Shown piece by piece: positions 53,988-64,000 of a stretch of DNA of 64,000 bases. The position numbers and the translations under genes are program-made. The DNA lies in contig OW569346.1 in NCBI GenBank assembly GCA_937625935.1, positions 434,001-498,000 on the forward strand, read 5' to 3'. The notes under the pieces were generated by a model that was given only the letters and a program-made list of their open reading frames with translations, was not told the origin of the DNA and did not search any database. Position 1 is the stretch's first letter, and the number at the start of each line of letters is the position of its first letter. Source of the DNA: Tetramitus jugosus (Eukaryota > Protista > Heterolobosea).

Positions 53988-54321
53988 AATCTTGTTATTC
54001 GTAAGTTGGGACAAGTCAGTCGCATGTGTGTGTGATGCAGTGCTGGGTTGTTTTTTTTTTCGCTTTTCCTTCTTTTTGTGTAGCTACGATTGTGATGCGG
54101 AGAAGGAGGTTGTTTCGTTTCACAGGAGAGCTTTTTGATCTACGCCACTTTCAGGCCGAAAGAGACCAATTGTCTTTGCCCGACCTTCGGAGAACTAGAT
54201 GCAATTTTCTCCGTGAATCGGAACGGTGAATTAAGTAGAATAGAGGACAAATTCAAGAAACAACATTCCAATTCCGCTCTGAAGAAAAAAATAAAAAACA
54301 ATTAGGAGGACGTAATTGGGA

Positions 54322-55570
54322 ATGGAATTGGATATTATCATCAAACGACCTGACAAGACATTTTCTCCCGGTGTATGTGTGTGAGATCTTCTCGTTGCTG
54401 CCTTGTATCATTCGAAACATCAACATCATTAACACTTTATCAATGTGTTGTGTCACATCCATCGACACACAATAGGAAAAAGTCCGTGGTGTGGTCAAAG
54501 TAACATCCAAAACTGCTACCAAACATTCTGGTCTTCGATTATTGGTCGAAGGTGGAATCACTTTTCAATACACTGGATCAAACAATATGAATCTGTTTGA
54601 TGTGGTCATGAGTTCGTTCAAACCGATCAAACTCGTTGATTTTTCCATGGAGCTCGCCACTGCAGGAAAATTACCCGAGGGCACCACTGAAATTCCATTT
54701 GAGTTCACATTGCAACAGACTGAGAGTGGAGGAAGCAACAATACTTCTTCATCAGGTGCTGCTGCTGCTAGTAGTAGTAGTAGTGGTGGTGGTGGTGGTC
54801 ATAATGATTCTGGTGATAGTGAAACAGCATCATTGATCGCACAAAGTACAAGTGCAAGTGCAACGAATACGACTCCGACATACAAGCTCTATTCGACCTA
54901 TCATGGTGTGTATCTGAGTGTGCGATACAAGGTGCACGCCGAAATGAAGTTTGGATTTTTTACGCGTGACATGAAAAAAGCACTAGAGTTTTACGTGTCC
55001 AACAATGGACAAGGATTCTTGCAAAAGCATGTGCAGTTGGAGCAAGACATTATGGCAAAGAAGATGAACTCTGATGTTGTCAAACAGTTTAGAAGAGAGT
55101 TCGATATGGAACCGAGCAAGCTTCAAAACGTGAGAAAGAGTTTGATTGGTATCGTTCCTGATTATCACATTGTGGGTCATTTGACACTGAGTGATTGTAA
55201 CATTGGAAGACCATTTACAGGTGAGATTACTGTTGTGAAATCAGCAGTCAACATCAAGTCAATCGAGTTGCAGCTCGTAAGAGTAGAGTCGTGCTCTGTT
55301 GCCGATGGAGGAATGGTCAAGGAAGCGACAGAGATCCAGAACTTGCAGTTGGCTGATGGAAATATTCCAGTCGGGTTCAGTTTGCCAATTTACATGATCT
55401 TCCCTCGATTGTTCACATGCCCTACGCTCATCACACAAAACTTTAGAGTAGAGTTCGAAGTGAATATTATTGTACTGTTTACGGATGGGCACCAAATTAC
55501 GGAGAATGTACCTCTGCGATTGTATAGTGGTAAGAATGAAGTGGGACAGAACAGACTGAAAATGTTTTGA
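54322..55570 (+). CDS. VPS26C: Retriever subunit VPS26C (DSCR3); intron 54373-54475
   Basis: MELDIIIKRPDKTFSPG|EKVRG, TYHGV, IKSIELQLVRVE, EATEIQNLQLADG and FPRLFTCPT. Confidence 0.95.
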
Positions 55571-56043
55571 GTATGAATAAAGAACGCAACTGTCTCGTCA
55601 AGGAATAGCTATTGTGCATGTCCAGTGCTGCGCAATTATAACGCTAATAATAGTGCTACCATTTAGTGCGCACACCGTTCAGAAGACAACCTTTGCGGCC
55701 TTTTTTTGAGATATAACTTGGAACTTCTTCTGACCAATTTCCGTGGGATTACCACCGAGGCTCGGAGTGCCATGGCAAAGGACTAAACCTTATTTCTCCT
55801 GTGCCCATCTATTGCGCAGAATCCTGATAAACTGCGCAAATCCGCCGCATTGGGTCATCATTTGCCAACGATTCAGAAGAACATGGCGCTTGAACTTTAA
55901 AAGGCCAAATTGACAGGTGTCAGCATAAACAAATCTATTCCAAACACAAACAACAAAACCAACAAAGAACAGCAACAACCTAGAGAGCAACAACAAACCA
56001 TAAGTGTCACACATATAACACTACAAACACGCCTGAATATAAA

Positions 56044-58428
56044 ATGACAACCTCACCAACAACTGCACTGCAACAGAGTCTTCAACAAGTGATCACAGAA
56101 GAAGACCACCACACTCAACAACAACAACAGCAACATGAAGAAGACGATAGAACAACATTTACTCTACAAGGTTTCGACAAGGAAAAACAACTTTTACAAG
56201 TTCTAGGCAAGAATCCATCTGTCGAACAAATCAAGAGACACGTCAAGGCCAATGGTGACCTCAAAACACTGCTCTCATGTCCACTGGGTGCCACATACTT
56301 TATGAAATTTTTGAATTTGGAGTTGAATCTAGAGAATTTGCACTGTTATTTCGATGCAAAGAGTTTGTTGGACTTTATTAAATATGCCAAAAAGTGTCCA
56401 CTGTTCCAATTGAGTGAAGTCAACCAATTTGAACAAAAATTGCAGAGATCCATGTCTGCTCTCAGCTTCACTGCCTCTACGGATCAAGATTTGGATGATG
56501 ATGATCGAACGGATACTGATGAAATTGATGACGCTTCTACGTTTCCTCACCACAATGATGTAGCAACTGCCACAACGACAACAACGACAGCAACTCATAC
56601 TTTTAACCATGTAGAGTATGAAGATGATGACACGTCGAGTACGAGCAGCAGCAGTTCTACAATGACTGTTGAACATCGTTATCATCAACCACAGAATCGT
56701 CAATCCTTCTCCAATGATCTGTCTTCAGTGACATCGGACACGGGTACGTCCACAACTACAACCACAACAAGCACAAGCACGTTGAAAATCAAGAGAGATT
56801 CAAGCCATTCAGAAGATAGAAGCATCAAGTTTGGTGATCAAGTCTCTGAGAAGACACAAAAGTTCTTTTCGACCTACATTGTCGAGAATGCGTCCAACGA
56901 AGTGAACATTGATGCCAATCTGAGAAAGCTCTTGGTTACTCAATTCCAAAAGATCTCTAGTCTGAGAGGAGAATTGAAAAAGGAGTTGCATGGTCCAAAC
57001 GCACTCCAAATTGCCTCAGAGATGAAGGTTAACGTTGAGAAGATGGAAGGATTGTTGGACGATTTGCAAACACAATTGTTGGTGAATCTCAATGATCCAT
57101 TTGCTCGTTTCAAGGATCATCCATTGTTGGATGAAGCATTGACGTTGTTTGCAACGGCCAATGACACAAACTATCACAGAAATCGTTTATTGTCAGCTGA
57201 CAAGGGAGGTGTCGTATTGAACAACTTGGTAGCATGGACAAACGGTATGCTTGTTCGATCACCTCTGACCGTTGCATCCAGTATGCTCGGCAGTATCATT
57301 GCGATCATTAGTGATGAGAGTTTGTGGACATGGGACGAAGATAAGGATATTCTCGTATTTAACTATGAATCACTAACTACCTCACCTCATAAGCCATGGC
57401 GCATGTTCCAGGACAACACGTCCGAATTGGCTCAAGTTGACTTGTCTCTCTTGGTGACAGATCATGAGAAGCTTGCCTTCTGGATCAACGTGTTCAACGT
57501 TCTCATGATTCATGCAGCAATCATTGCTCAAGGTATTCCAGTTCTTGAACTCACCAGAGAATTGTTCTACAGAAAGACAAAGTACACGGTTGGTGGTCAC
57601 GAATTTTCACTCGAAGATATCCGTGATGGTATCCTGTTTGGTAACCATGTGAGAAATATTATCCTAGGCAGACAATTCAAGAAGCACGATCCAAGAAAGA
57701 AGTTCTCTGTGAAGCAACCAATTCTTCACACCATATTCGCACTCTCTGACTTGACTATTCAATCACCATTGGTCGAAATTATGAACTACGAGCAAATCTA
57801 TGATCAATTGAACAATTTGGCAACAGTTTATTTGGACAGTTTTATTACTGTAGATCCAGACAACAAGGTTGTTGCTCCAGCATTGCTCATGGATCGCAGA
57901 TCTCTGCTCAAGGAATTCACAAAGTCGAATGATGTTCGATCTGTCAACATTGTCGACTCTGCTGTCTTCTTCGTGAAGCAATATGCAACACGCTTCCAAA
58001 AGGAGGAACACAAGGATGATATTGTCATTTTCAGAGACACAAACCAGTCTGTGACAAATCTTTCCTGTGCACTCAACCGTAGAGATTTGGAAATCTTGGT
58101 GAAGATGAAGAAGCCTGCTGAACCAAAGAAGAAGGCGAGTACCGAACTGAGAAGAACCTCGTCTGAGCACGAAGTCCACTCTGAAGAAGCTCTCAAGCAA
58201 AAATGTTCTTGGAATCGATCTGGTAAGTGTTTGTCTCAATCATTGAGAAACATGCGTATCAAATTCAGCAACAAAGTTAGTGTTGCCATGCAAACAAGTC
58301 ATCACAACCACAGCTCTGGTTCGTTGACTCGCTCTGCTTCAGAGCCAACCAACCACTCAGCCCCGGCAGTAGCAACTACAAAGAGAAACAGCCGTGGTGG
58401 CAATCAAGAAAAGTGCAACATTATGTAA
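56044..58428 (+). CDS. RGS-domain + DUF547 protein with a C-terminal CaaX box
   Basis: RGS motifs YFMKFL..ENL and YI..NEVNID. DUF547 motifs EKLAFWINVFNVLMIHA and YTVGGHEFSLEDIRDGIL. Ends CNIM. Confidence 0.8.
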   Translation: MTTSPTTALQQSLQQVITEEDHHTQQQQQQHEEDDRTTFTLQGFDKEKQLLQVLGKNPSVEQIKRHVKANGDLKTLLSCPLGATYFMKFLNLELNLENLHCYFDAKSLLDFIKYAKKCPLFQLSEVNQFEQKLQRSMSALSFTASTDQDLDDDDRTDTDEIDDASTFPHHNDVATATTTTTTATHTFNHVEYEDDDTSSTSSSSSTMTVEHRYHQPQNRQSFSNDLSSVTSDTGTSTTTTTTSTSTLKIKRDSSHSEDRSIKFGDQVSEKTQKFFSTYIVENASNEVNIDANLRKLLVTQFQKISSLRGELKKELHGPNALQIASEMKVNVEKMEGLLDDLQTQLLVNLNDPFARFKDHPLLDEALTLFATANDTNYHRNRLLSADKGGVVLNNLVAWTNGMLVRSPLTVASSMLGSIIAIISDESLWTWDEDKDILVFNYESLTTSPHKPWRMFQDNTSELAQVDLSLLVTDHEKLAFWINVFNVLMIHAAIIAQGIPVLELTRELFYRKTKYTVGGHEFSLEDIRDGILFGNHVRNIILGRQFKKHDPRKKFSVKQPILHTIFALSDLTIQSPLVEIMNYEQIYDQLNNLATVYLDSFITVDPDNKVVAPALLMDRRSLLKEFTKSNDVRSVNIVDSAVFFVKQYATRFQKEEHKDDIVIFRDTNQSVTNLSCALNRRDLEILVKMKKPAEPKKKASTELRRTSSEHEVHSEEALKQKCSWNRSGKCLSQSLRNMRIKFSNKVSVAMQTSHHNHSSGSLTRSASEPTNHSAPAVATTKRNSRGGNQEKCNIM

Positions 58429-58644
58429 ATAAACAACAACAATTCCTGCACACCAACCAATTATTTCCCTCGTTTCCCACTTTCAGAAACAACAAAAGCC
58501 CAATTACACTCTCACTGATCGGACATATTCAACGACTGTGTGGGGTGCGGAACTGATTATTCAATCAAGAACACAACCACAACAAAACAAAGAAAAAAAC
58601 TAAATCTTTGACATCATCATCATCATCAATATCATCTTTTGAAG

Positions 58645-60288
58645 ATGCAGAGCTTAGCACTGAAAATAGCTGATGTGATCTATGTGACCACTCGTCCTCA
58701 TCTCGCACAAATTGAGCCTCCATTCATTCAAATGGCTGCTCCATTCTATGCCATGATCAAACAAGCTGACAGTGTGATTGGAATGGGTGAAGGATCACTC
58801 ATGTACATGACATTTCTCATTTCTTCCTATCCATTGGCACTCATTCAGAGAAGAGTGCCAAGTGGTACGTTGAGACACTTGTATTCTGTTGTGTTTGGTC
58901 TCTTGTTCTGTTTCTTGTGTTTTGGTTGGCAGACACTTCATTCGTTTGTGCCTGCAATCGTCTCCTATGTGTGCATGCTTGTGTTGCCTGCTCATTTGGC
59001 AAGCAAGATTACATTTTTGTTTGCTTTTTCGTACTTGGCCATGTGGTATGTAACAACTACTGCCTCCAACATGATCTCTCTTGATTGAAATGATGTTGAA
59101 TTGTTGTTGTTGATTAATTGATTGATTGATTAATTGATTTGTTTGCTTGTTTGTTGAATGTATAGTCACACGTATCGAATGGCTACAGATTACCTAGGAT
59201 GGTCCATTGATTTCTCTGCTTTGCAAATGTTGGCCACACTCAAGATTATCTCTGTTGCGTTCAATGTTTATGACGGAAAGAAGGCTGAAAAGGATTTGAT
59301 TCCAATCTGGAAGAAGAACTCGATTGATCATATCCCTAGTCCATTGGCATACTTGAGTTATCTCGTCTTTTATCCATGTGTTCTCAGTGGTCCAGTCTAT
59401 GAATTGCAAGATTATTTGCATTGGATTGATACTCCGTGCAAGAAGCTTCCAAAGTCCCTCAAGATGGTGGCAAGAAACATTGGATTTGCTGTCCTGTGTA
59501 TGGCTTTGTATGTGACTCTGGGACCCATCTTCAATCGATCTAAGCTCGTTGAGCCATACATTTCTGAGATCTCATTGTTGCACAATGTAATGAACATTAT
59601 GTTAATTGGACTTGTGATGAGACAAAAGTATTATATTGTGTGGTATTTGGCAGAAGGTGCCTGTGTGACTGCTGGATTTGGTAAGCACGCTGGAGCTGCT
59701 GACAGTGACAATTGGTCACAGATTGAACACGCAGATTTCATAGCTGTCGAGTTTGCCACCAACATGAGAGGTGTAATGACAGGTTGGAACAAGGCTGTCT
59801 CTCGTTGGTTGAGATACTATGTGTATACGAGAGTGGGACCAGTTGAGGCACACATTCGCGGTGGAAGTAAGAAGCCAGGTTTATTGAACACATTGGTTAC
59901 GTTTGCCATCTCTGCCTTCTGGCATGGATTCTACCCTGGATACTATTTGATGTGGGCAGTGATGGCCATTGCTCAAAACACTGCAACTAGCATGCACAGA
60001 AAGACTCGTCCAATGTTCATTAATGATGAACAACCAGAGAAGAACTCCAAGATTATTCTCTTCTTGTACCAGTTTGGTGGATGGTTGTTGACCAACTGGT
60101 GCATCTCTTACTACACTACATCATTCCATCTGTTGAGTATCAGTGAATCTGTTGCATGGTTCAACAGAGTGTACTGGATTGGTCACATTATTACATTTGG
60201 ATTGTTCTTCTCACTGAGAGTCATCCGCCCTCCAAAGAGAAGTTCTGATGCTACTGTAGCCGCTGCAGCTCAAAAGAAGTCTCAATAA
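58645..60288 (+). CDS. MBOAT lysophospholipid acyltransferase (Ale1/LPCAT-like); intron 59046-59165
   Basis: QMLATLK, GP, KYYIVW, WNKAVSRWLRYYVY and SAFWHGFYPGYY. Confidence 0.93.
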
Positions 60289-60381
60289 ACAGCGAGATCA
60301 GAAATGAAATTGAACAATTCACGCATGACGACTCAGCGTCATAATAACTGGAACTATCTAGCTCATGAGCAACATGCACTC

Positions 60382-61101
60382 TTATTCTTGCTGCTGCTGC
60401 TGCTGTTGCTGTTCGTTTGCAAGCCAATCATGAAACAATTCCATGCAGCGATCGACATTCTCGTGCAAGAAATCATGCATCTCACTCTTGAGCTTCACAG
60501 ATCCGTCCAACGCGTGACCAATCTCGGCCCATCGAGCCTCCATAATCTCATCCTTCAAGAAGGGCACCAATGGAGGAGGCGGTTCGTCCAACACAGAACT
60601 ACGACCACTATTCTCCTCATTTTCATCACTATTCGTCATCGTGTTACACTGCTTCAACATTGATTTCATTCTAAACAAAAACAAGTGAACTTGTCTGTTC
60701 TGTTGCTCCGGTTTCACAATGGTTCCCATCTTGGCCACCAACTCTAGTTGATCTCGTTCCACACCAGACTCCTCATAAATCTCCCTAAAAGTCGCTTCTA
60801 ATTCCGTCTCTAATCTAGTTCCGCAAGTGTGATATTCGAGGTGACCCTTGGGAAAGCTATATCCCTTGAATGGTTTCAATGATGCTGCTGGTGGATTGTT
60901 GTTGTTGTTGCCATTTTTTTGTCCGTTGTAACCTCTGACCAGAATGATTTGATTTTTGAGAAAGTGTTCTCTTGTGTGTTGATAACGACGGTGATGAGTA
61001 GTTGCTGTTGTTTTGTTGGCTTGGTGGTGGGATGATGATGATGGGAACCAAATCACAATTCCACCCGATGAATGAATACATGGTCGTGTCATTGTGCTCA
61101 T
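60382..61101 (-). CDS. Nudix hydrolase (Ap4A-hydrolase-like)
   Basis: SSGGIV and FPKGHLE..ETELEATFREIYEESGV. Confidence 0.85.
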   Translation of the reverse strand: MSTMTRPCIHSSGGIVIWFPSSSSHHQANKTTATTHHRRYQHTREHFLKNQIILVRGYNGQKNGNNNNNPPAASLKPFKGYSFPKGHLEYHTCGTRLETELEATFREIYEESGVERDQLELVAKMGTIVKPEQQNRQVHLFLFRMKSMLKQCNTMTNSDENEENSGRSSVLDEPPPPLVPFLKDEIMEARWAEIGHALDGSVKLKSEMHDFLHENVDRCMELFHDWLANEQQQQQQQQE

Positions 61102-61478
61102 GATATATGATCTACTACGTTCAAATTGTTTGTTAGTAGCTCAACTGTGTGTGGAGGAATTTTTTTTTGCAAAGTTCGATGATTTGAAACACCCAGGTAG
61201 GACTCCTGTGGTTTGGATGGAGAGAATCTGTCAACGGCCAGCGGACATACCCAAAGAGACATCATCCATAAAGACAGGAGACAACAACAAATCGACGACT
61301 CACTTTCCTATCGTCGTGCTTTGCTCGTCGTCGGCTACAACAACCTCGAACACTGGAAATAAAAAAAAGGTGTTGCTGAAAAACCAAAAAGACAACAACA
61401 GCTAAAAAGCTTTCAAACCAAAAAATCTACAACAGCAACAACAGCAACACCATATATCGATAATCATACCAACCACAA

Positions 61479-63227
61479 ATGATGAGTGACAGTGGAGTAC
61501 ATGACAGCAGCACAGACTATGGACAATACAAGGGTGACTTGTGGGACAAATTCACCGAAATTATCGCCAAAATGAACATTGGTAAACAAAATGTAAAGGA
61601 TTTGCAAGCATTGACAAAATCACAGTCAGATGCGTTTGACTACATGGGCAAACCACTGTCAAAGACCAAAATGTTGGTCGAAGACAAGAATCTATAGTAC
61701 GTACCCAACAACATTTTTTTCATCATCCATCATCGTATCTCTCCTATGTGTGCATTAAGTATAGAGTAGAGATGGTTGAAAGATCCTAACAATTCTCACC
61801 CAAATTGTTTCACTTGTTGTTCAATTTCAAATCAACAGTACTGTCATGTTCTCTGCCAAGTGCATGTTGAGCTATGGTCAGAACATTGGTCAGAAACAAA
61901 TTGCCATCTCTCAAGAGTTGAACAAGAAGTTGTATGTAGAGTTGACTGATCTTCGAAAGGGTAAGTGTTGCACATGTCTCTCAATTTTTTTCTTTTTGTC
62001 ATTCATTTATTATCATCATATTCACACCAACTGTGTGTGTGTGTATTAGAGTTGAGTAAGGCAATCAAGAATGCAGTCAAGGACGAAAAGAAGCTTCGAA
62101 GCGATTTGGCCAATGCGAAAAGTGCCGCCGCTTCTGCCAAGAAGAAGGATCACGAAGAAGCAAAGAATTTTGAGTCGCTAAAGGAGAAGATGACAGAATC
62201 TGATAGTCTTCCACCAAAGAAGGCACAACAATTGCAAGCACAGACTCACAAGGCAGACAAGAGTGCACAACAGGCGAATAAGGCATACACGGCAGCGCAC
62301 GAAGCACTTGTCAAGATGGATGAGACATATTATGTAAAGTTGGGCGAATTGATGCACAGTTTGGAAGTTTTGGACAGAAAGAGATTGCACGCCACAAAAT
62401 CCGTTCTCATGCGCTACCACAATATGCAACTCGAGTTGGCACAGATGATCATGTCCGAGTGTGACACGATGAGACAAGCATTCGATCAGATTAGTGCCGA
62501 CACTGAGATTCGAACATTTGTGAGCAATACGAGAAGTGGTGCTTCACCACCGGCTGTTGAGCCATTTGAGCCATATGTCATGGGTGGTGGCAGTGGCAGT
62601 GGTAGTGGTAGTGGGCACTCGACTCCAGTCTCCTCCAGACCACAGTCCTTTAACAATACTCCTACTATTGGATCGCCATCTTCTGTCTCATCGACACAAA
62701 CTCCAGTCTCACCAACATTGATCCCTCCACCTGTGCTCTCACCTACGATTGAGCCAGTGTACCTCAACAACACACCTCCACCATTTGTAAGTACTAGTGC
62801 ACCTGCTCCATCATCTCAATCGAGCGGAGAGATGGTGAGAGCTCTGTACGATTATGATCCTACTGAACAAGGAGAGCTATCATTCAAGGAGAATGACATA
62901 TTGGTCGTGTTGGACAAGAATCCTGATGGCTGGTGGTTTGGTGAGATGGACGGGCGAAAGGGATTGTTCCCATCGAACTTTGTCGAACCTGTCGTTGAGA
63001 ATCAACCAGTTGCTCACTCTGTTGCTGCTAGTGCGGCGCCATCCAACAAAGTAATCACAACTGCCCTGTACGATTATGATGCTCAAGATGCTCAGGAACT
63101 CTCCTTCAAAGAAGGTGAAATCATTGAGGTCTTGCAAAAGAATGAAGATGGATGGTGGTACGGCAGCTTGCCAAATGGAGCTATGGGTCTATTCCCTTCC
63201 AACTTTACATCTGGTGGATGCGAATAA
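61479..63227 (+). CDS. F-BAR protein with two SH3 domains; introns 61697-61838 and 61961-62049
   Basis: N-terminal Y..DLWD helical region, a Pro/Ser linker, and twice ALYDY..ELSFKE..DGWW.G..GLFPSNF. Both introns restore frame. Confidence 0.88.
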
Positions 63228-63558
63228 TCATAGTAGTAGAAGGAATCAATGACATCTGAAACAACTAACTACAATTATTGGGCTCTACTCATAACCTGAC
63301 TGGTTTTCCCGTTTTTGTATATCAACACGAAAACAAAATTTGTATTAAAAACAATTAAGGTGGCGCAACTGCTGCGAGAATCCAACACTTTTCTTATTGC
63401 TGACCATAAGCTTCAACTTAATAATACTTCGATGACCCGTTTGACACGGTCGACAAAAAACTCCAGAGCGTTTGGCCTCAGCTGAAGTGCTGAAACTTGA
63501 AAGTTGCATTGACTCTTTCTCCAGTTTTCAACATTCACCCACGATCACGAAGCTCGTT

Positions 63559-64000
63559 TTACTCATTCAAACGTTTTGAATACTCTCTGATCACTTTCTT
63601 GAAATGTTTGGCAATTAGAGGTAGATCACCAGGTTCTTGCTGAAGTTGTGAGAGAATATCCACAGTGAATCGATGTGCATCATCGACTGCTTTCAACAAT
63701 GAGTCCTTGCCGAGATACGCCAAAGCTTCTTTCGCACTTTCCTTCCTTCTGGCAATACTTCTTGTGCAGAAGGCATATTTAATGACTGGATCACGTGAGT
63801 CTTGGTAGATATGTTTACCATTTCCCTTCAAGAACGACTTGAAGTTGTCCTCTGGAGTAAGAGTCAACTCAACCACAAAATCAATTATTACCAGTTTCTT
63901 GGTACGAGTCTCAAATCCGAAGTTATCGTAATTCGTAGTGACGTCATTTAAGTTGCAGATCCTGGTGACGAAATCCAACAAGGACAACTGACCAATAAGA
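63559..64000 (-). CDS. C-terminal part of a putative atypical kinase-like protein (5' end outside the window)
   Basis: Frame is open to the window edge; LNDVTTNYDNFG..IIDF resembles a PI3K/HipA-type catalytic loop plus a DF motif. Confidence 0.45.
   Translation of the reverse strand, partial: LIGQLSLLDFVTRICNLNDVTTNYDNFGFETRTKKLVIIDFVVELTLTPEDNFKSFLKGNGKHIYQDSRDPVIKYAFCTRSIARRKESAKEALAYLGKDSLLKAVDDAHRFTVDILSQLQQEPGDLPLIAKHFKKVIREYSKRLNE

Noticed and set aside
1-64000. CRISPR arrays, transposases, rRNA, snRNA or prokaryotic operons
   Set aside because: I saw no spaced direct repeats, terminal-repeat elements or recognisable motifs. The introns and gene content are eukaryotic.
1-64000. Non-standard genetic code
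   Set aside because: TAA, TAG and TGA each end well-supported genes, and ORF breaks are explained by GT-AG introns.

Overview
A compact, gene-dense eukaryotic (protist) nuclear window with about 36 protein genes and one tRNA-Phe(GAA). It uses the standard code (TAA, TAG and TGA all serve as stops), has few short GT-AG introns (mostly GTATGT donors), and encodes many poly-Q/N/T/D tracts. BBS1 and an RSP7-like gene imply a flagellated stage. That, plus a Zn2Cys6 factor, an RGS fusion and the intron style, fits a heterolobosean (Naegleria-like) organism; this is inference only. Recognisable genes are TRMO, NUS1, EME1, CTC1, STK19, BBS1, a GLTSCR1-domain protein, GDPD, LUC7, NOP2, RAMP4, a prominin-like protein, alpha-CA, two DHHC PATs, an NCS-type EF-hand protein, VPS26C, an MBOAT, a Nudix hydrolase and an F-BAR/SH3 protein. 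The most striking item is a head-to-head pair of diverged paralogous secreted proteins (16876-20862). Both have a Cys motif and a polybasic putative processing site. One adds a Cys-rich putative glycan-binding module and the other has two Gly-rich amphipathic hairpins, making the pair a candidate two-component pore-forming or effector system. All family calls come from recalled motifs; no searches were run.
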